DNA of 63,894 nucleotides, counting the filler, from Trichomonas gallinae (taxonomy: Eukaryota): the NCBI GenBank assembly GCA_008369845.1. It is 4 parts of 4 records of this genome, joined end to end, with 100 filler letters (N's around TTAATTAATTAA, not from the genome) between each part and the next. Parts side by side here need not be neighbours in the genome. Positions count along the whole stretch, not along the records: positions 1 to 15,446 come from MRSU01000180.1; 3 more parts are not named here. One strand, written 5' to 3'. Of this stretch, positions 1 to 10,100 are shown piece by piece. Every line of letters begins with the position of its first letter. The stretch's first letter is position 1. The notes beneath the pieces are model-generated. The model did not search any database and had not been told where the DNA came from. It worked only from the letters and a program-made list of their open reading frames with translations. Position numbers and translations under genes: made by a program.

Positions 1-831
1 CGACTACGAGATGTTCTAATCATATTCCCTCTCTGTTTGTTATTAAATCTTTTCTATCTGAAAAACTTTCTATTTATTTCTCTCTTTCTTTTGCTTGAAT
101 AGTGAGAAATATCATAATTATCAAATGTGATTTACATACCATGTCATTATATTGTATTTGAATCAGAATTGAAATATCTTTCGTAAATAAAACAAATTCT
201 AACAAAGAGGAGCCAAAGAATAGCTTATATAGAATGAAAAAGACTTATATAATGAAAGAATGAGAATATTATAATGTAATATCTGAGTTCAAGTTACATA
301 TATTTGAAGTATGAGTTTTGTTGCTAAAATATTACTACCTATCATGTTTTTAGATGAAAATGTTGATAAAAATATACATTAGCAATGAAAATTAAAACGA
401 TATTCGATTTCAATTTAGTTTTTCAAAGACTAAGTGAAATAATTCATAACTGATTACAAAAATCAAAATGTATTAAATCAATTTCCATAAACACGAATCG
501 ATTTTAATTCAAAATTTTGCTTTCCGAAAATTAAGTTTATAATTCATCGTGTAATGAACAAATAGAATCATAAATTAATATTTCCCTTATTTCAACTGAC
601 AATGATATCATCATATGCATTTTATTAGATAATACATATGAGATTTTATGTAATTGATGATGAATATTCTCTATGATCGAGATTTAGCAACTAAAGAGTT
701 AACATAGTTAACATTGAATATATCATTGCTGTAGATATTCAGTCAATACATAAATTGAATTCCATTTTAATGCTCATCAAGATCCTTCATAAGGAGGAAA
801 CCTATAAATGATTGAATTCGAGTGATTTTTG

Positions 832-1404
832 TTATTTATTATTTAGAATCGAAATTGGTTTTTGGTTGTTGTTGTCTTGTATGACGTTTATAAATTTATC
901 AGTAATTTCAGTGTTTTCAAATGTCAATAATGCGATAACATTATTTTTCGATTTATCAAGAAGATTTAGTTGTACTGATTTTGGATCTGTTGAATTATGT
1001 TTGAGATTACAAGTTTCTGGCACACTCAATTCGATTGTGTGGTTTCCATCATGAATAATTTTAATAATTAACTTAACAAATAGTTTCTGGATTGTACAAT
1101 TTGCATTAGTATAGACATTTTTAGTTAATTTTCCGTTTGAAGCTATAGATATGTTTGCAGAAACTTTTTCTTCGAATAATTGGTTCAACGATTTGATTTT
1201 TGTGTTTTGTCCTAATTGTGGCCCATTTGTTGGTGGCTCAAAACTAATATCTAATGGCTGATATGCAGGAAATTTCGCTCCTGTTCCGAAAGTAAATAAC
1301 AATCTAGGATTTGTTCGAGCATTTGATGGCAGAGGTTGTTCGCTATTGGCTGAGTTCGGTGCCTTAATATTAAATTTAATGTTAGGTTTAATATTCATCT
1401 TCAT
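832..1404 (-). CDS. Hypothetical protein (~190 aa)
   Basis: Open frame. The first ATG is at 1404 (the ORF track starts at GTG 1422). A TTGACACGTA motif lies just upstream. No domain recognised. Confidence 0.6.
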   Translation of the reverse strand: MKMNIKPNIKFNIKAPNSANSEQPLPSNARTNPRLLFTFGTGAKFPAYQPLDISFEPPTNGPQLGQNTKIKSLNQLFEEKVSANISIASNGKLTKNVYTNANCTIQKLFVKLIIKIIHDGNHTIELSVPETCNLKHNSTDPKSVQLNLLDKSKNNVIALLTFENTEITDKFINVIQDNNNQKPISILNNK

Positions 1405-1484
1405 AAATTGAAATTTTGACACGTAGATTGTTTACAATACAAAAATTCTGTTTTGACAGTTTTACTTGTCAAAAAAAAATCATT

Positions 1485-1864
1485 ATCAGCGACATTATCA
1501 ATAAGGAGCTGATTGATAATATAGATATTATCATGCATCTAGATTTACAAAAACATAGCTATACAATGATTTTTTGCAATGATTTAATTTTCATTGATGC
1601 TTGATCTCAATAAGGACTAACTTAGGGAAATCAGCTTCTACTTCACAGGATCTCACAAGATTACTGCAATTCAAGTTTTCATACATCGAAAACCAGCTCC
1701 AGGAACTCCATGCTTCTGTTTCGTCTATGCAAATCGCATTTCACACTTCGCGAATATCTGTACTGCATTACCCGCCTGAACGTCTTTATGATTACGTGCT
1801 TGAGCTTATCGGCCTGTGCAGCGTCATTGTTCTCTGTGAATCTAATTTTCAGGCACTGTTATGA
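1485..1864 (+). pseudogene. Possible frameshifted small gene or pseudogene (~126 codons)
   Basis: ORFs 1416-1604 and 1601-1864 join if one T is added at ~1601 (GAT GCT TTG ATC). TCATT is followed by ATC at 1485, where an ATG would be expected. The 3' part has coding-like GC content. Confidence 0.3.
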
Positions 1865-1975
1865 TAGGAAAAAAGAAAAGTTTCAAAATATGAGTAATTG
1901 TCAAATTCACATTGATATCATATTTTGAATTTGAGTTTACAAATAAATAACATTTAATAATGATTAAAAATCAAA

Positions 1976-3573
1976 CTACTGAATGCACATCCTTAAGCAT
2001 CTTTCAAGAAGAATTGACAGAGATGTGAACTGTTCCCTCTGCCATTCCACGAAAGTGATGTCGACTTGAATCTTGTCGCATTGAGTGGAGCAGATACTTT
2101 CGATTCGCGCGTCGTTGTCTTCTCCTTCTTCTTCTGGTTTGCTCAATGCGATATCGAAGCTAGTCTGCCTGATATCTACGAGTGTCTGCTTGAATGAATT
2201 TAATGCGTCAATCGCTTTGTTCAAAACGATGAAAACTGCTCCTTTAAGTTCCTTAAAACCTCCTAGCACCAAATTCGCCAAACTGTCGAACTTTTCCAGC
2301 ACGACATTCAAGAATGCCAACTGGTGCCTTGCTCTGTTCAAGTCATCGCCTTCCACCTTCTGCTTCTCGCCGATAACAGTCTGCCGCTTGTTTGGAAAAG
2401 CCTGGATCTGGTTCTCGATGTCAGCGATGCTGCTTGGATCGAAGATTTTCATGTCAGCATGCATCAGTGCCTTTGAGAGCTCCAGAAGTTTGTACCACTG
2501 GCTCTCGTCTTCGTTGAATAGCTCCTCGATGTGCTTCTTCTCGCTGGAGCTCAGCGCGTCAAACTGGACGTCAATGAAACTCAGTCTTTTCTTGAAAACT
2601 GTTCTTCCCAAGTTGTGGAGCTTCTTGACGAAAGCCGAGAAGGATGATATGATGCCGTTCTGGGTGTTCAATATTGGCGTAATCAGCTGATTATCGAAAT
2701 TCAAGTTTGGAGCTTTGGCAACGAAATTTTTGATTTTTAAGTAAAGTTGCGAGTATTCTTCGTTTAAATCATTCACTTGGCGCTCGTAGTCTTCCAAAGG
2801 AGCATTTAACGACTCATCTTCAATCGGAGCAGTTGACCATTGATCGTAAATCAATTTAAAATCGGATGGAACTGAATTCGGCGAAAATCCTTTTCCTGTT
2901 GCTCCATTCGCGAGAAGGCACTTAAATATATCGACAGAATTCGTCTGAACTGATTCTTGAAGCAAATAAGATTCTCCGTTATTTAAATTCGGACTGGCGC
3001 CGAATTGGATTAGTAAATAGACGAGAGGTATAAATCTATGCTGAATTGCGACATATAGTGGCGACAGTTCGTATTTTGGCGAAGATGTTGGAGATCCAGC
3101 TTCTAATAAACTTTTTGCTATAGAAAAGTTATTATTTTGTACGGAGCAAAGCAATGGAGTGCACCCATAATCATCAGGAATGGATGTATCTGCATTGTGC
3201 TTCAGTAAGCAAGAAACGTAATAATTCATATTTAACTTTACGGCGTAAATTAGTGGGGTTTGGTTTTCATTGTTGAGTTCATTTATATCTAAATCCATTG
3301 AAACAAGATAATCAAATATTTCCTTGTTTTCTTTTTGCATAGCGTAATGTAGTAAACCTTTCGTCGAACAGCCCGCATTAATAAGTATCTTAAGTGATTC
3401 TATATTCCCTTTATCGATGCAATGGAAAGAAAGTGGTTTATTAAAAAATGAAGAATATCATAATTAAAAAAATGAATGTTACAAATAATAAAATGAACTA
3501 TTGGCTCGTCAATACCACCAGCTCTGGTGAGAAAATCATGGATCGCTGCAGGAGATAAGTCAATATCACTCAT
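1976..3573 (-). CDS. Ankyrin-repeat protein with C-terminal helical/coiled region; 1-nt frameshift at ~3443-3448
   Basis: Ankyrin motifs TPLIYAV, TPLLCSV and SPLYVAI. Ankyrin-like sequence (PLSFHCIDKGNIESLKILINAGC..LLHYAM) continues in frame upstream of ATG 3340. ATG 3573 (MSDIDLSPAAIH...) joins this frame if one base is added in an A6 run. Confidence 0.8.
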
Positions 3574-4171
3574 TTCCTGTATGCGTTTGAATAACCTTAA
3601 TTTTTAAAATTGACAAATTTATTTTCATGTGAATTATTCATTATTACAAATTTTAAAGCTTTTATAATTTAAATTTACAAATTAAATTTGCCATGTAAAG
3701 TAATTTTCAATTAAAAACGACATTATTTACATGACAGTTTTTAACAAAAATTACACTCGACATATTTCAAAGTTTACTATATATGGAATGCTATGTACAA
3801 TTTTAATTAGTATATGATTTATCGAAGAACTCTCGCATGTTGAAAATTTATAATTATTTCTTGTAATGCAATAAATGTAGTAATGTAGTACTACGGCTTT
3901 GATTAATGCTTCAATTTATGATCATTGTGAAATTGTCAAATCTCTTCTCACAGTTCCTAGAATGAATGGAAATACAAAATGTACATTTAAAACTCTTTCA
4001 CACACTTCCTGGAATAACTCCCATTGATAACTGATTTATATGGTGATATTTGAACTGATTAGAGCAGTTGTTTTAATGATATTTTTGCTGATTTGAAGAT
4101 TAATATTTGAAAAAAAAAGATGATTTGATTAAAGGAATAAATAACAAAAGGGTTTAAAATAATAAAAAAAG

Positions 4172-7100
4172 TTAAAATTCAAATTGTGTGATTTCGCTTG
4201 GTCCTGGATTCTCTAGGAAATCTTTTGGTGGAGGTGGAAGTCTGTCTGATTTCTTTTTATGATGATGGTGATGATGCTTCTTTTGGACTTCTACCAATGG
4301 CTCTTCTTCAGCATATTCCTGCTGCATGAGTGGCTTTGATTGCTTTCTTCTGTTCCTTGAGAGCTCTTTGATTCTTTCTATTGCGTCAAAGAACTCTTGG
4401 CTGTATTCTTCGTCGTCATCGTGATTTGTCTTCTTATTTGGATCCCACCAGTCAGGCAAAACCCACGAAACATGTTTCTTCTTTGGCTGAATCAAATTCT
4501 CAGGATTTATAACAATGTTGTCAAAATCGTCAGCGGAGTAATCTTCTGAGAATGTAGGTTTGTCTGCATAAGGATCCCACCAATCAGGAAGCACCCATTT
4601 GATGTGTGGAATTGGTTTCTTCTGACGCTCTTCGTTAAAATCTAGTGAGTACTCTTCAGAGAATGTCGTGTGCTCAGCTTTTGGGTCCCACCAAGTAGGC
4701 AGAATCCATCTGATGTGTGGGACTTTTGGTGGATGAATGATGGAACCTAATGAAGAGTCTAGTGCATACATCATTGACTGTATAACTATATCACCTGTCA
4801 TTCCTTCCAAGTAATAGTCTAAGTCTTCTTCAAGATATTCTTTGAGTTCGTCTTCTTCTTGATTATTTTGAGGTATTTTCTCTGTGAATGGAAACTCAAA
4901 CTTTGTTGCTGATAATGATGCAATTCTCGATGATATAATTACAGCAGCTTCGAGTGCAATGTTAGCTATTTCTTCACCAGCTGTTATCTTTGGCTGCGAT
5001 GCAATTTTTGCTTCATCTGAAAATGTTACTTTTCTTTGTTTTTCATTATTTTCTGGAGTTGATTTAGCTTTTTGTAGTATAGAAGGATTAATTGGAATTA
5101 AAGGCTTCTCATTATCCAATTTTTGCTCATCAACTTTTGCATCTTCTTTTTCATTTGTTTGTAATTGAGGTTTCTCATATATAGGAGAAGGAATTGATTT
5201 TTGACTTTTTGGTGAAATTGTAGACATATCATCATCTGATTTTTGTTGAATTGGCTTCTCATATATAGGAGAAGGAGTTGGAATTGGAGACTTCACGTTA
5301 TCTGGTTTTCGTGAATCAATTTTTTGTTCAACAACATTTGCTTGTGAATTAGGTAATTTGTGTTTGTCTTTTCTATGTGAAGCAGATGATTTATGATGTT
5401 TTGGTTTTTGTTGAATTGATTTTTCAAATACAGGAGAGGTTGGTTTTGGACTCCTTGGTGATGAAATTTTTTCAGGACTTGGCTGATCATCGACTGTTAA
5501 TGGAACAGCTTGTTTCTGTGGTGATAATGGTCTTGGAACAACAAATTTTGGAGATCTAAGTTCATTAGGATTGATATTCTCAATGCTGTTGTTTTGTTCA
5601 TTGATGTTTTCTTCCGTGCAAAACTGAATGTTCTCAAACAAATTAACAACAAGATTATCTGAAAAGTCGTAGACTAAATCTTCCAAATGATCATCCATTT
5701 CATTGACAACAATTTGCACATCACTGTTTGCTGTAACATTTTTGAGTTCATTGATTGCTGGCTTAAGAATCATGCTTTCGAAGTAATCTTGTATATCTTC
5801 CATCAAACTTAGTCTTAAGTGATTCATCGACTTTCTCAGCCTTATGTCTCTCTTTGCGTGACTTCTAACTATTTCAACGTTGGTGTTGATAAGTGGAACT
5901 GCCAGCTGCTGCACGTTGTCCATGACACTAAATCTGCCTAAGTTGGAGCTGTCAAGACTGATGTGGCCGACAACGGGAGGTGGAATTTCGATCTTTGTTA
6001 TCGAATTAAGAGGCTTGATGTTTTGCTTTGGAGTGAATGAAACCATGTCTGGGAAGTTTATCTGCAAGTCTGCTGGGAAAATCTCGTCAGCGAACTTTGC
6101 TGTGTTCGGATTTGATATCTTGGTAAGGTTTTGCAAACATGAAACTTTTTCTAGTAAAGTTTCTTGAGGAATAAATAGTTTATCGAGCATTGTTACGCTG
6201 TTAACCAAGAATGTGTCATCAGGAGACTCCTTTGGCTGTAATATATTTAGTGCATTTTCGAATTTCAATGAATCAAAATCGAAATCTAATGAAAACTCAT
6301 TTGCAAATTCTTCTGCGATTTCTTCAGTTCTTTTCAGTTCAAGCTCTGGTCTGAATGCCATTAGACAATTATCATATTTGATGTCAATATCAAGATTATG
6401 CTCATACAAATCAAATACATCATAGATTTCATCGATTTCTTGGATTCTTTCTCTGTCGTAGTTTTTCAGTGGCATTTTTATTTCCAAGTCAGGAATTATC
6501 AGCTTGATATCAATGAATTCAGCTATTTCATTTGCTAAGTTTGTTGGTATCTGCGAAGGAACTAGATTTCCATTGAGTAAGCAGTTGAAATTAAGATTTT
6601 GCAAATCTGATAAATCTAAGTTTCTTGACAAATTGTTGACGAAATTTCTTGTTAAAATAAAATGCTCCCTGATTGTTTGTGGCCTTGGTTTGCGAGGAAC
6701 CAGTCTCTTCAGCGGATTAACAGTCACCATTCTAAGTTCTTCGAAGTTGTGAGCAATCAGTTTGTGATCAAAATCGATTTCAATTTCAGGAATTTCAATT
6801 TCTTTGTAAACTTTCAATGGCTTTGTTTTACCTGGAATTGGAATCAAATCTTTGATATCAAACAAGTAGTTGACTGGAATTATGTCATCTGGGATGTTAA
6901 ATTCTCTTTCGAATTTCTTCATGTTGTAAAGAGCTTTTCCATAATCATATAAATTGAGTTCATTCATGTCGAAATCAAAGTCTTCCAAAACATTTTCTGA
7001 GTTTGCTTGGATGAATCTTTCGTCGATTTTTGGACGTGGTGGTGCAGATATTGTCATCTTTGCTAAGTCAAACATAGGGATAAACAAATGTGGACAAATC

Positions 7101-10100
7101 TTCTTCGAAATTTCAACTGAGTCTTTTTCATATTTGGAAATATTTTGATTTGGTTTTAGATAGATAAGAGATGTTAAGTCAGGAATAATTTCATCATATT
7201 TTCCAAAATCAACATCATAGCTAACTTCATCTGCAAATGACAACGGAATGGATTCGCGTGTAAACTCTTGAATAGGAAAAGAAAATTCATCAAAAAGATT
7301 TGAAAAATCGACAAAATATTCTGTTTCTTGTTCTTTTGGATAAATTTTCTCAAAGAATCCTAAGAATTGATTTTGCTCGAAATCAGGAATAATTAACTTG
7401 TTGATAATAGATTCAACAAACCTTGGATCTTTTGATATATTAATGGAATCGATTTCATCTTTGTTGCTTGATTCTAATGGCTTTAAATTCTCCAAACAAT
7501 TTATCGACAATTTGCCAAAATCAATTGTAAGATTTTGATTGATTTCTTCATCAATAAAATCGATTTTAACATCAGGAACTTCAACTTTCTTTAAGTTATA
7601 AATTGATTTTTTGTGGATATTGATGTTATCTAGTTCTAAGTCAACCTCATAATTTGTTGTATCATAAATATCTATGTCGTGGTGTTCAAAATTAGTTAAT
7701 GAAGAATTATTTGAAATTTCTGGAATTTGGAGACAATCTAACAATGATTCAATAAGATTTGGATGATTAGCAACATTATATGCATCAATTTCATTCTTGT
7801 TACTAAATGATTTTGGCGATAAAGCTGAAAAAGATTTCAAAGGTGAATCAAAATCGGCAAAATTCATTTGCGAATCAAATTCGATGAATGAAATATCAAC
7901 CTTCGGAAGAATAATTGGAAAAATGTTCAATAGGCTTGAATTTGACTGCAGCAGTTTTTCAAGACTTAATTCAACATCATATTCATTAAAATCGTAAATG
8001 TTCAGCTCATCTTTGATGAAATTTTTGAAGTTGTTGAGTTTTGATTCTTTCGAAAAATCTGGAATATGTAATATTTGCTCGACATTGGAAAGAACATCAA
8101 TATTATCTGATAATTCCTCTGCTTCGTTTTTGAACTTTGAAATCGGTTCATTTGCTGTCAAATTAATCAAAAACTTGCTGTTATCATTCTTTAAATCGAA
8201 ATCAATTTCAACATAAAGAGTAACTTTATCAGCATCAAATGAAGGAATTTGTTCGCGTTCATAATAAATTATAGCATTTTGTTTGTTAAATTCAGAGAAT
8301 GCTTCACTAAAATCGATATCATATTCAGTTGTTTGTTCTTTGCAGTTAATTTTTTCGAAGTTGAAAAGTGATTTATCGAAAATAGTTTCAGGAAGAATAA
8401 AGTTTTCACTTATTGAATCCAAAAGTTCTTTGTTATGAGCAACTTCATTAGAATCATGTTCATTCTTTTCACTTTCTTCGATTGGCACCAAATTGTCCAA
8501 TAGTTTGAAGTTAAAATTAGGAATGAAGTTGAAATTAATTTTGTCGAATAATGAAAAGTCGATGAATGAAACATCAGGATCTGGAACAATAATTGGCGTG
8601 AAATTATCGAATGGACTCCTTCTTGGCAATAAGAGATCATACGATAAGTCAACTTCATAGTCAGAAAATTCGTAGAAATTAAGTTCATCGTGCTTGAAAT
8701 TGAAAATTTTGTCAACAATTTTTTCGAATGAAAAATCTGGCATCTGTAGACTTAAAATGATTTGTTTTGAAACTTCTAGTGAATCTCTCTCAAACTTAAC
8801 CGGCTTTTCTAATGGTTTAAATGATTTCAAAGACTTTCCATGTATTGGTAAATCATTGAGATTAATTTTTGGTACAAATTGAATGCAATCAACATTATAT
8901 GGAATGAAGTGTTTCTCGTAATAAATCAGAGGACTCTTGCGAATGATTTCTTCGAAGTTAGGAAGATTTTGAATGTGGTTTGATTCTTGCTCATCGATAT
9001 CGATATGTTCATATGATAATAATGAAGATTTGAGTTTTGGTAAAGGAATAAATAATTCATTCGTCAAAGTAAAATCTTCACAAACTTCATCAGCTTTCTT
9101 CTGTAAATGAATGAGTTTTTCATTAGGAATCAAAGTTAACAGTGACTTAGAAATATCATATGTTTGTATTTCTGGAACATTAAAGTCATATCTAATTGAA
9201 TCAGCGGCATTAAGTGGAATAAATGATTTGCTGTATTCTAACAATGAATTTTCGTTTTGCAAATTTTGTAGATTCAGATCAACATCGAATGATGCATTTT
9301 CTGCTTCATCTAATGAAATCTTTTTAACATATCCAAACTCTTTGTTGATGCATTGATCAATATTTAACTCTAAATCTAGTTTGTAGTCGATTAGTTCTGC
9401 ATCATCGAGAATTGAAGGAACATTTTCGAAATCATAACGAAATGTTGACTTTCTAACAATAATTTGTGGAATTTCATTGAGTTTTTTGCCTATATCATCA
9501 ACATTTATAATCTTGTTAATGTCAATTTCAACTTCTTCAATTTGCTTGAAATCACTTAAAATATCCAAATTTGTTGGTTCAATGAAATCATCTCTGAGTA
9601 AAATATCTTCAATAACTTCTTGTAAAATATCATTAGGAACAACAATATTTGGCTGTTCTTTTGGTTTCAGGGCATTTAATTCTCTCAGTCCTCTGTTTTC
9701 GATTTCTAATTCAGGCAATTTCAAGTCGTAAACAAAATCTGATAAATCATTGATTGTTGATGGATATGGTTTGTGGACGAATTCTTTAAATGATGTTTTT
9801 GTTTTGAGTTCATTAAAACTCAAATCATTCTCGTAAAGATCTTCATCATCGTATGATTGAGCTTGGTGTTCTTCGTGGAGATAAGAGAATTTTTTAATGT
9901 TCACCAAATAATCTGTGAAAAACTCAATGGAAATGCTATCCTCGATATCAGATTTTTCGATGAGTTTCTCAATGTCTGGCTTTGATTTAGGCTCTAAACT
10001 AAATAATGGATTTCTCTCTTCAAAGTTCAAATTAAGGTCAACATCATAATTTTCATATATAAAAGGTGGTGATGATTTTTGGAAATTCATCAATTTTTCT

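Noticed and set aside
3409..3514. Canonical spliceosomal intron in the ankyrin gene (GTATTG...AAAG would restore the frame)
   Set aside because: It lacks the ACTAAC branch point fused to the 3' splice site that is typical of trichomonad introns, and it would delete ankyrin-like residues.
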